Source: Candidatus Doudnabacteria bacterium
GTDB taxonomy: Bacteria; Patescibacteriota; Doudnabacteria; UBA920; O2-02-FULL-48-8
DNA length: 64,000 nucleotides
Reading direction: 5' to 3'
Assembly: GCA_016199215.1 (NCBI GenBank)
Contig: JACQHB010000006.1
Coordinates: 3,642-67,641, forward strand
Shown: positions 42,037-49,929 of the stretch, one piece after another
Position numbering within the stretch: position 1 is the first letter of the stretch
Layout of the letters: each line of letters begins with the position of its first letter
The notes under the pieces: model-generated
Seen by the model: the letters and a program-made list of their open reading frames with translations, nothing else
What the model was told of the DNA's origin: nothing
Databases searched by the model: none
Program-made: the position numbers and the translations under genes

Positions 42037-42690
42037 CTAAGCGCCTTCGACTTGCTCGAGGACCAACCACAGGCAGACCCCACTGAAGACGCTGCCAGAG
42101 AAGCCGAAGACCAGGCTCCACGCGCTGCCGCTGCTCCAGTCGCCGAGACAGGCAACGCGGCGGCCACGGCCGAAGTCCTGCCACTCGTTTCCGCCGAGAA
42201 CAATCAGGCGGTTGTTGTGGCGCGGGTATTTCGCCATAAACGCTTCGCGCGCCTGGCCAGGAGCCATCACGCATTTCGGCTCCTTAGTCTTGGCCGCATT
42301 GCGTGCGGCCTTGAGATTGAGTTGGTCGCCCAACTCAACGAGCTTGGCGCGGTAAGTCCGCTTCCCTTTCAGAAACACCGGCCCCAACAGCTTCCAGCCC
42401 GACGGCGCGATGTCCAAATCGCCGTCGATCTCAAGCTCGAACCACTCGCCGACTGCCGGCACCGGCGGGTGCGTGGGGACTTCTGGCTGCGGTTGTTCCG
42501 TTTGCACTTCGCCAGCCGGTCGGACACCTTCGAACTGGCTCTCCATGATGAGCTGGATCGAGTCGTTCACTCGGTCCAAGTCCAACAGGCTGGTCCGGTC
42601 TGCTCGGTGCACACGGCTCGACAGCTCCCGAAACCGGTCGTAGAACGTGAGGAGCTGGTCGTCCGTAACAGCAAAGGCTTTTGCCGTCAT
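42037..42690 (-). CDS. hypothetical protein (217 aa), GC-rich island gene 1
   Basis: ATG at 42688-42690 follows AAGGAGG. The C-terminus GRRVACLGDWSSGSAWSLVFGFSGSVFSGVCLWLVL is partly alignable with the C-terminus of the neighbouring gene. Confidence 0.55.
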   Translation of the reverse strand: MTAKAFAVTDDQLLTFYDRFRELSSRVHRADRTSLLDLDRVNDSIQLIMESQFEGVRPAGEVQTEQPQPEVPTHPPVPAVGEWFELEIDGDLDIAPSGWKLLGPVFLKGKRTYRAKLVELGDQLNLKAARNAAKTKEPKCVMAPGQAREAFMAKYPRHNNRLIVLGGNEWQDFGRGRRVACLGDWSSGSAWSLVFGFSGSVFSGVCLWLVLEQVEGA

Positions 42691-42801
42691 AACAACCTCC
42701 TTAAAGCATCCGGAATATTCCGGAGACGTGTCTTGTTTTCGACAAGACCACAATTCTAGGCACGATAAATGCCCAAAGCCGCAGTTTCATCGAAACAATA
42801 T

Positions 42802-42830
42802 ATACTACTCCTTTTTGACAAAATTGTCAA
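42802..42830 (-). promoter_or_regulatory. promoter TTGACA-17 nt-TAGTAT with overlapping TTGACA/TGTCAA inverted repeat
   Basis: Minus strand has TTGACA (42825-42830), a 17-nt spacer and TAGTAT (42802-42807). The plus strand reads TTGACAAAATTGTCAA at 42815-42830. Confidence 0.6.
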
Positions 42831-42952
42831 GCCGAACAAGAAGCCATTGGATTATATACGGCTTAAAAAAAACGGCCTGCACTATTGTTGATGCAGGCCG
42901 AAAAGTAACCAGTGCATAGAGCTCAATGGTCCAAAACAAAGGACCAAAGAAC

Positions 42953-43669
42953 CTAGGCAGCTGTGAGAAGAGCCGACGGCCAGGGGGTATAGAACCCACC
43001 GCTAAGCGGGGAATAGTTCCAGTACCATAGCCCGCCGCTGAAGTAGAGGTAGAGGACATAGCGGCGGCCACCCGGGCTGCGAAGAATTGTGCCGTCGAAG
43101 CACACCCGGCCGACACGTCTCCACGACTTCGGGATTAACACCATGATCTCCCAGAGGGTCTGGAAGACCAACGCATCTAACCGGATGTCGGCAAGCGCCT
43201 TGAGCCGACGGAGCCGTTCCTCGCCCTGAACTTCGCCTTCCCGACGGCGCAGAGTGTTTTCTAACCTGACTTCCGCCAGGTCAATCTGGGTCAAAGCCAG
43301 CACGCGCTGATCCTCATCCTCTTCGCCTTCAAGACCTAGGCCATCCGCAGACCCACGCCAGATCGTCCAATTTACTCCGAAAAATAATACTGGATCGAAC
43401 TTACGCGAGCGATCTACCGCCAAAATCTGCGGCAGAGTCGGCTTAGTGATCGCTGGTGTCCTGGTCGGTTTTTGCACCGCAACCTTGGTCTCAAACGGAT
43501 TGCGATGCTCGACGAAGGTTTGGCCATGATCAAGGGTCAAACCCTTTCCGGGATCTTTGAGACCCAAGCGAAACTGTCGCCTGATTTCCCGAATGATCCC
43601 GTCTTCCTTGTCAAGCCACTTCTCCCAGTCCGGCGTCAGATCCGGACCCACGACCTTGGTTTCTCCCAT
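42953..43669 (-). CDS. hypothetical protein (238 aa), GC-rich island gene 2
   Basis: ATG at 43667-43669 follows TAAGGAGG. The C-terminus GRRYVLYLYFSGGLWYWNYSPLSGGFYTPWPSALL is aromatic- and Gly/Ser-rich. Confidence 0.55.
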   Translation of the reverse strand: MGETKVVGPDLTPDWEKWLDKEDGIIREIRRQFRLGLKDPGKGLTLDHGQTFVEHRNPFETKVAVQKPTRTPAITKPTLPQILAVDRSRKFDPVLFFGVNWTIWRGSADGLGLEGEEDEDQRVLALTQIDLAEVRLENTLRRREGEVQGEERLRRLKALADIRLDALVFQTLWEIMVLIPKSWRRVGRVCFDGTILRSPGGRRYVLYLYFSGGLWYWNYSPLSGGFYTPWPSALLTAA

Positions 43670-43811
43670 GGCCGTATCCTCCTTAGATTGTCCGGTTTGC
43701 CCGCCGGACTTTGTCGGGGTTGTCTCCAAACTAGACTCGAAATTATTCACTTGCTTACGGGCCCGTAAGCAAGTGTCCAAATCCCAATCTTATTTTTATT
43801 AATAATATACA

Positions 43812-43841
43812 ATTTTACTCCTTTTTTGACAAAATTGTCAA
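43812..43841 (-). promoter_or_regulatory. second copy of the same promoter cassette (TTGACA-18 nt-TAAAAT)
   Basis: The plus strand TACTCCTTTTTTGACAAAATTGTCAA matches 42805-42830 apart from one extra T. Confidence 0.6.
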
Positions 43842-43861
43842 TGCGAAAAGGGCTGGGTCTG

Positions 43862-43894
43862 AAAAAATATCCCGCTTGTTAGCGGGATATTTTT
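43862..43894 (-). terminator. terminator after the 504-aa gene
   Basis: ATATCCCGC-ttgtta-GCGGGATAT flanked by A- and T-runs. Confidence 0.75.
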
Positions 43895-45409
43895 TTACAT
43901 GCCCATTTTTTCCAAGGGCATCGGATACGGAACATTTTGATTATTTAGAAACTCCTTGATCAGGGGCACCACTACGGTCTTTCGATAATATAGCTCATCA
44001 GGAGCGTTCAGAATCGGGAACACAACCGATGGAATCAGAAGCTCCTGCGATTGATTATCCCGATAATTCCACATTTTAACCGGCTGGATGATCGGACTTC
44101 CCAATTCAACTTCCACAATCTTACAAGCTGATTTCGGGCTTATCGACCGTCCATCAGGCGTGATCAAAGGAGTCGAGCATTCAGAAGGATAATACCCGTA
44201 CACGCCGCCGCGTCCCGCCACTTCTATAATCTTGGCGGCATCAGTTTCCGCGTCATACAGCGAGGACTGGTAATTGCGCGTGCTTAGGTCCCACACGCTG
44301 GCCACCTTTTTGTTCCGTATATCAACAGCAACCACAATACCAGTTTTGTTTCCGGACTCATCAAGCACAACTTGGTCGTTTATTTTAAGAGGATAGACCA
44401 CGTTTATAACTTCAGGAAAATAAATTGGCGATCCCTGTTTGACGGACATCTCATAAAAGAGCTTCCATTCATCCAAAACCTCCGGTTCTGAGTACCCTTC
44501 CAGTGAAATCCCGTGCGCTGACATAAAATCATTTGCGATCCCGATTAGTATTTGGTTTTCTGGAACATCTGCAAGCTCGGGCTGCTGCGCGGCGCCGGTC
44601 TCCATCATAAGCGTTTTGGGCCAATAACCTGAAATGCTGATGCTGCCGTTAACCGCGTCAACATTTATAGAATAACCGTTTTCCTCGCCAAGGCTGATTG
44701 ACTGAAGTTTTGAATTGCCAAAACTCCTAAGATTCACCATGCCGAGTCCCAGCGCGTCCATAAGGCCCGAAAGATCCGCCAAATTATCCGGCTTCATCCG
44801 TTTCAAAACAGGACGCTTATCGTCTGCAAATGCCAAAGGCTCGCCTTTGTAAACATATTTGTAATAAACAGGCTGGAAATCAGGCGGGACTATCATGCCG
44901 ATATCGCTTCCGCCTCCTCCGCCCAAGCCGAGAGGAGCTTGAGTGGCAATATTGTCTGCTTGTTTGGAATCGGCTGTCGCTTCCGCGCTGTCGGTCGTCT
45001 TAGGCGTTTCCACGGTTAATTGATTAAGCTCTCCAAACGCGCGCTCTCCCGCTTGGGTAATCCTTACTCCAGGCGAAAGGAAAGTGATCTGGCTGCCGTT
45101 TTTGCGGTTGACGTAAAGCGTGGTCGCGATCACTACCAAAAACACGGCTGTCAAAGCTCCCGCAAAAGTCATCCGGCGGAAAAAAGCATGTTTGATTTCC
45201 AAAAGCGAGCCGCGGCTTGGTTGGGGTATCCTAAGGTCTTGCGTCATCAGCCGCCTTCGTAAGCCTTCGGCAAAATCTTCGTCAAACTTCGTGTCCGGTT
45301 TCGCCTCAAGCAAGCTGGTTATGATTCCAACCAACTGGTCTTCATGTTTTCGAAAAGCGGGATCCAGATTATACAGATCGGCAAGAATTTGATTCACTTT
45401 TTCTTCCAT
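43895..45409 (-). CDS. single-pass membrane protein downstream of the ECF sigma factor (putative anti-sigma/partner)
   Basis: 504 aa with a cytoplasmic N-terminal ~85 aa, one TM (FAGALTAVFLVVIATTLYV) and a large extracytoplasmic domain. 19-nt gap to the sigma gene. Confidence 0.5.
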   Translation of the reverse strand: MEEKVNQILADLYNLDPAFRKHEDQLVGIITSLLEAKPDTKFDEDFAEGLRRRLMTQDLRIPQPSRGSLLEIKHAFFRRMTFAGALTAVFLVVIATTLYVNRKNGSQITFLSPGVRITQAGERAFGELNQLTVETPKTTDSAEATADSKQADNIATQAPLGLGGGGGSDIGMIVPPDFQPVYYKYVYKGEPLAFADDKRPVLKRMKPDNLADLSGLMDALGLGMVNLRSFGNSKLQSISLGEENGYSINVDAVNGSISISGYWPKTLMMETGAAQQPELADVPENQILIGIANDFMSAHGISLEGYSEPEVLDEWKLFYEMSVKQGSPIYFPEVINVVYPLKINDQVVLDESGNKTGIVVAVDIRNKKVASVWDLSTRNYQSSLYDAETDAAKIIEVAGRGGVYGYYPSECSTPLITPDGRSISPKSACKIVEVELGSPIIQPVKMWNYRDNQSQELLIPSVVFPILNAPDELYYRKTVVVPLIKEFLNNQNVPYPMPLEKMGM

Positions 45410-45428
45410 AAAAAATTCCTTTCTTATC

Positions 45429-46016
45429 TTAAATTAATGGTTTCGAAATAATGAGCATAATTAGGGCAAAGATTGCTTCGGCTTGGAGCTTGTGCATGAT
45501 CCGGCTGAAAGATACTTTGCAGGATGCCTCGCTTTTCCCCATAATTTCCCCTATCTCGCGGTAGGAAAGGCTGTCCCAAACTCTCATGATCACGAGCTCC
45601 CGCTGTTCTTTGGGCAGGAGCGCCAGATAACCATTTACTTTTTCGAGCTTCATCGCGGTATCCACGTCCCGCTCCACATTGGAATTGCTTGCCAGATCAA
45701 ACGCGTCAAAAATGTCCTTGGTGGATTTATTGGTCCGGTAATGGTCGATTACGCTGTTGCGGGCAATCCGATGGATCCAGGAAGAGAACGCGCCCACTGA
45801 CGGATCAAAACTTTGGATATTTGTTAAGGCCTTTGTGAAAGTCAAACTGGTCAGATCTTCAGCCGTTTCCTTATGGTGCGTGCGGTAATAAATGAAGTTA
45901 TAGATGCGCTTTACATAGGCATCGTACAAAATGCTGAAAGCGTGCAGTTGCCCTTGTTGGCAACTTGCAATGGCCGAAAGTTCTTGTTGTTCCATGGAAT
46001 TTTTTTCTCTTTCCAT
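45429..46016 (-). CDS. ECF-type RNA polymerase sigma-70 family factor
   Basis: Region 2 is YDAYVKRIYNFIYYRTHHKETAEDLTSLTFTKAL. Region 4 is LPKEQRELVIMRVWDSLSYREIGEIMGKSEASCKVSFSR. Confidence 0.85.
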   Translation of the reverse strand: MEREKNSMEQQELSAIASCQQGQLHAFSILYDAYVKRIYNFIYYRTHHKETAEDLTSLTFTKALTNIQSFDPSVGAFSSWIHRIARNSVIDHYRTNKSTKDIFDAFDLASNSNVERDVDTAMKLEKVNGYLALLPKEQRELVIMRVWDSLSYREIGEIMGKSEASCKVSFSRIMHKLQAEAIFALIMLIISKPLI

Positions 46017-46047
46017 AATTTACGAATCAGGCTTAAAAAGGTAACTT

Positions 46048-46085
46048 ACCCCGTTAGAAATTTTCTGAACTATTTCTAACGGGGT
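46048..46085 (-). terminator. 14-bp perfect-stem hairpin built from the CCCGTTAGAAAT repeat word
   Basis: ACCCCGTTAGAAAT(46048-61) - 10 nt - ATTTCTAACGGGGT(46072-85). It overlaps the last codons of pyrH. On the minus strand TTTTT follows 9 nt later. Confidence 0.65.
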
Positions 46086-46771
46086 GAAGAGATCACGGTG
46101 CCCAAAAAAGGCTTCCCGAACAACGCGTTCTTCAAATTATTAAGCTTTTTTCCGTTCATAATCATCACGCGGAGGTTTAATTTTTCCGCTAACTTCGATG
46201 CCACGGGGTCAAACGGCAGGTTTGCGCCGGGATCCCATTTATTCCCCACGATTTTCCTGAAATCGCTCCAAGAAATATTTTTTATGGGTGAAGCATCCGG
46301 GAATTTCTTCGGATCCTTGTCGTACACGTAATCAATGTTGCTCAAATTCAAAATAGTCTTAACCCCGTATTTTTTCGCCAACAGCACGGCCACATAATCA
46401 GTCGACCAGCCTGGACGGTATCCTGAGGCAATAACTATCGGTTCGCTGGCAGGCTCCTTATGGTTGGGATTGGTAATAATCCTCGGGTGGGCATGGGCGC
46501 GAAAAATCGTGCGTAAAAGGTGGCCATTGAGCCTTGTTGAATGAATACCAAGCCAATCAAGATCATCAGGGTTTAAGCAGCGCAATTTTTTTGCCGCTTC
46601 CGAATATTTGCGGGAAGTCCGGCCGCCCCCGGTAATTATCAAAAAATGTTCGCGTTTTTTTACCGCGTCCTCAATCACGGTTTTAAATCCGGCCAAAAAT
46701 TCAACATCAACCTCATCCGGCACGATCAATGACCCTCCTAAAGAAATAATAAACCGGCTATTTTGTGGCAT
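46076..46771 (-). CDS. pyrH: UMP kinase, archaeal-type (amino acid kinase family)
   Basis: Start at MPQNSRFIISLGGS. The layout ...LIITGGGRTSRKY...GYRPGWSTDYVAVLLA...NIDYVYDKDPKK matches archaeal PyrH as I recall it. Confidence 0.7.
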   Translation of the reverse strand: MPQNSRFIISLGGSLIVPDEVDVEFLAGFKTVIEDAVKKREHFLIITGGGRTSRKYSEAAKKLRCLNPDDLDWLGIHSTRLNGHLLRTIFRAHAHPRIITNPNHKEPASEPIVIASGYRPGWSTDYVAVLLAKKYGVKTILNLSNIDYVYDKDPKKFPDASPIKNISWSDFRKIVGNKWDPGANLPFDPVASKLAEKLNLRVMIMNGKKLNNLKNALFGKPFLGTVISSPR

Positions 46772-47696
46772 TTTTTTCCTGGTTAAGAATAGACTCTTCC
46801 TGCGGCTGGACTGAGCAGGGAGTTCCTTTAAAGCAGTAATACGCCCACTTCTCAAGACGGAGATCAATATATGCCAGCCTTGATCTGTCCTTAGGCGGCA
46901 CCTGACGGTTCAGTATTAGGGCTAAGCTTGAAAGCTGGGTCAGCACAGGCCGATTGATATCAAGAAGCGCGCTCCAGCCTTCAGAAGACACAAATTGGAC
47001 TTCAAGGCTTGCTTTGCCGGAAATCTTTGCTCCGGTGAGGCCAGTATTGACTTTCGAGCTCCACTGCCTCTGGACTGAAACGATAAAAGCCGCCAGCTTA
47101 GGGTTCAATGGCTCGTTGATTGCCACGTTTTCTTCCAAAAAATTGGCCACTTGCAATAATTCCTTCTCCTCGCTCGTCTGCTTGATTACCATCCCTTCCT
47201 CGTCCACCAAGTAATCCTGATTATTAGTCCTTAGGATAAACCCTTTGTTTCGCTCCGTTACGGTAAGGCTGATGCTGTCTGGCCAGGACCTTTTTGATTT
47301 GGAAATTTCTTTAACCATTGGAAGCTTGGCTGTAAGAAGACTGTTGACGTATCCCCGGCTCAAAAGGATGGAATGGTTTTTTGGTATCAAAAACGCTCGA
47401 TCTTCCCCGGCTCTGATCAGCGCGTCTCTTATCTGCTCGGAGCTTACCTGGGTGTTTCCTGAAACTGTCACGTTCACGACCCTGAAGGTTGACGCAAAAA
47501 ACAAAAAATAAATCAGAACAAGCAATAAGGCTATTGTTGTAAATCTTCCGACTTTCGATCTTATGAAAAAACGCAAAATCGGGAGCTTTTGCGATGGAAA
47601 AATCCGCTTGTAAGAAGCGGCAGCCTTAAGCTTTGTGCGGAATTCCTTGGAGCCAAAATCTCTTTTTGGTTTTCTCCTGTGTTTGGAAATGATCAC
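46758..47696 (-). CDS. ftsQ: cell division protein FtsQ/DivIB
   Basis: N-terminal TM then POTRA (FRVVNVTVSGNTQVSSEQIRDAL). GTG start. Confidence 0.75.
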   Translation of the reverse strand: MIISKHRRKPKRDFGSKEFRTKLKAAASYKRIFPSQKLPILRFFIRSKVGRFTTIALLLVLIYFLFFASTFRVVNVTVSGNTQVSSEQIRDALIRAGEDRAFLIPKNHSILLSRGYVNSLLTAKLPMVKEISKSKRSWPDSISLTVTERNKGFILRTNNQDYLVDEEGMVIKQTSEEKELLQVANFLEENVAINEPLNPKLAAFIVSVQRQWSSKVNTGLTGAKISGKASLEVQFVSSEGWSALLDINRPVLTQLSSLALILNRQVPPKDRSRLAYIDLRLEKWAYYCFKGTPCSVQPQEESILNQEKNATK

Positions 47697-47700
47697 GTTT

Positions 47701-47728
47701 AGAAATTAGATATTAGAAATTAGATATT
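47701..47728. repeat. tandem duplication of a 14-mer (AGAAATTAGATATT x2)
   Basis: Two perfect adjacent copies. They span the stop codon of the aminopeptidase gene and reach to within 4 nt of the ftsQ GTG start. Confidence 0.8.
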
Positions 47729-48781
47729 TATAACCATGCTTTTAAAATCCTTAGGGATTCTCGAAAGAACTTCTGTTTTCTCAGAAACCACTATCATATC
47801 CTCAATCCTGACTCCGAATTTACCCGGCAGATAAATGCCAGGCTCCATAGTCGCCACGTTATTGCGGCGTAAAACCTGATCTGAATCAGGCGACAGGCTG
47901 GGAAGTTCGTGTATCTGAAGCCCCACTCCATGGCCCGAATTATGGGTGAAAAACTTCCCATATCCGGCTTTTTGGATTGAGTCGTAAACCTGCGAATGGA
48001 CTTCTTTCGCCTCAATGCCTATTTTAGCAGATTTAATGCCTGAAGCCTGGGCATTAAGCACTATATTGTAAACCTTCTCGTGATGAGCGCTGGGGCGGCC
48101 AACAAACAGGGTTCTTGAGAAATCCGAATGGTAACCTTTGAATTTGAAGCCAAAATCAAGGAGTAAAAAATTATCCCGGCCGATTTTTTTATTCGAGCTG
48201 GAATGATGCGGCGCGGCGGCATTTGGCCCAAAAGCGATAATCGGATCGAAAGCGTTGGCCTCGGCTCCCAAATTTTTTCCTATTCGTTCGATCTTGTAAG
48301 CAATTTCGGCTTCAGAAGGATGTATATACTTAAGTATATACTTGCGTATATACTTAAAAGTTTCGTCTATAATTTGGCTCCCTTTTCTGATGAACGCGAT
48401 CTCTTGCGCCGTTTTTTGCGCGCGAAAGTTTTCTATGACATCATGCGTGATTGTCCATCTAAAGCCTGTGGGATTTTTAAGATTGTTAAACTCGCGGAGG
48501 CTGATGAGGTCTTCCACGCCAACTTTTTTTATTCCCGATCTTTTTAAAACAGAGGGGTATTGCTCCAGCGGCTTAACGGGAATGGCGGTTTCTTTTTTTG
48601 CGCGCAAAAAATATCTTGGATCCACAAAAAGCATGGCTGAATTTTTGGCAATCAAAAGCATCCCAGCCGACCCCGTAAAGCCTGACAAATATTGCCGGTT
48701 GTTTTTGGTCATTACCAAAAAAGCCTCCACGCCCAAGTCTTTAATTGTCTCTTGAATCTTTCGGATTTGTCCAGATGCCAT
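47720..48781 (-). CDS. M24-family Xaa-Pro aminopeptidase
   Basis: HNSGHGVGLQIHELP and EPGIYLPGKFGVRIEDMIVV are metal-ligand motifs of M24B. Confidence 0.85.
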   Translation of the reverse strand: MASGQIRKIQETIKDLGVEAFLVMTKNNRQYLSGFTGSAGMLLIAKNSAMLFVDPRYFLRAKKETAIPVKPLEQYPSVLKRSGIKKVGVEDLISLREFNNLKNPTGFRWTITHDVIENFRAQKTAQEIAFIRKGSQIIDETFKYIRKYILKYIHPSEAEIAYKIERIGKNLGAEANAFDPIIAFGPNAAAPHHSSSNKKIGRDNFLLLDFGFKFKGYHSDFSRTLFVGRPSAHHEKVYNIVLNAQASGIKSAKIGIEAKEVHSQVYDSIQKAGYGKFFTHNSGHGVGLQIHELPSLSPDSDQVLRRNNVATMEPGIYLPGKFGVRIEDMIVVSEKTEVLSRIPKDFKSMVINI

Positions 48782-48782
48782 A

Positions 48783-49910
48783 TTACTTGCCTAAAATCCT
48801 TGGGAGCAACGGATTAATTCTGGTCATTATTTCGTAATTGATCGTGCCGGCAATTAGGCCAAGTTCATCCGGCAGTATCTCCTGCCTGCCCTGTTTGCCG
48901 ATCAAAACTGCCTCGTCTCCTGATTTGACATTGGGAACATCGGTGACATCCGCGGAAACAAGATTCATATAAACTCTGCCGCGAATTTTGCAACGTTTCC
49001 CTCCGACTAAAACTTCGGCAAGATTCGAAAGCCTGCGGTCATATCCTTCGAAATATCCAACTGGTAAAATCGCGAGTTTTGTCTTTCTGGCCGTTTTGTA
49101 AGTCCGGCCATAGCCGACGTAGGCACCGCCCGGAAGATCCTTTACAGCCAAAATTTTTGCTTTCCAGGCCATTACAGGCTTGAGGCTAAAATCGGGATTG
49201 CGTTTCTTGACCAATGAATGGATTGATTTGTACGACTGGTGGCCGTAAATGCCGATCCCAATTCGCGCGAGGTTAAAATGGCTTTCCGGGAAAGACAAGG
49301 CTGACGCCGTGCAGGCAATATGCTTGATAGGGACCTGGATATTTGCCTTGTTGAGGTCATCAATAATTTTATTAAAATGCCCTAACTGAACCATGGTAAA
49401 CCCGGGGTCGTCTTCTGATGAGGCAAAATGGCTGAACAGTCCTTCAATTTTTATATTAGGAAATTTTTGGATTTGCCGAACAAGCCCCGCCACTTCGCGG
49501 GCGGCGACGCCCAGTCGTGAAAGCCCGGTCCCTGCTTTGATATGCACGATTGCTTTTTTCTTAAGCTTTGAGGCGGCGGATGAAATGGCCCGGGCTTGTC
49601 CTGTCTCGTAAACCACAAGCCGGATATTATTTTTGATAGCAAGGTCCGCCTCGCCCAACTTATAATAATTCAAAACCAAAATTGGTTTTTTGATTTTATT
49701 TGCCCGCAATTCCAGGGCTTCGGTCAGATTGGCCGTGCCAAACCAGTCAACATAAGGCTCAATCAGGCGCGAGACAAGCAATGAGTCATGGCCGTACGCG
49801 TTGCTTTTGACTACTGCCATCAAGGAAGCAGTCCCTAAAACTTTCCGGAACTGCTTGGCATTATGAATCAGGGCTGATTTCGAAATTTCCACCCAGGATA
49901 GATTCCCCAT
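48783..49910 (-). CDS. alr: alanine racemase
   Basis: AVVKSNAYGHD (PLP lysine) and an alanine racemase C-terminal domain. Confidence 0.9.
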   Translation of the reverse strand: MGNLSWVEISKSALIHNAKQFRKVLGTASLMAVVKSNAYGHDSLLVSRLIEPYVDWFGTANLTEALELRANKIKKPILVLNYYKLGEADLAIKNNIRLVVYETGQARAISSAASKLKKKAIVHIKAGTGLSRLGVAAREVAGLVRQIQKFPNIKIEGLFSHFASSEDDPGFTMVQLGHFNKIIDDLNKANIQVPIKHIACTASALSFPESHFNLARIGIGIYGHQSYKSIHSLVKKRNPDFSLKPVMAWKAKILAVKDLPGGAYVGYGRTYKTARKTKLAILPVGYFEGYDRRLSNLAEVLVGGKRCKIRGRVYMNLVSADVTDVPNVKSGDEAVLIGKQGRQEILPDELGLIAGTINYEIMTRINPLLPRILGK

Positions 49911-49929
49911 TTTGCTCTTTACACTCTTT

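Noticed and set aside
41971-42759. 262-aa plus-strand ORF (and 41999..42274 and 42410..42643) across the GC-rich island.
   Set aside because: It is antisense to the 42037-42690 gene, which has a strong SD, promoter and terminator. Long shadow ORFs are expected in GC-rich DNA.
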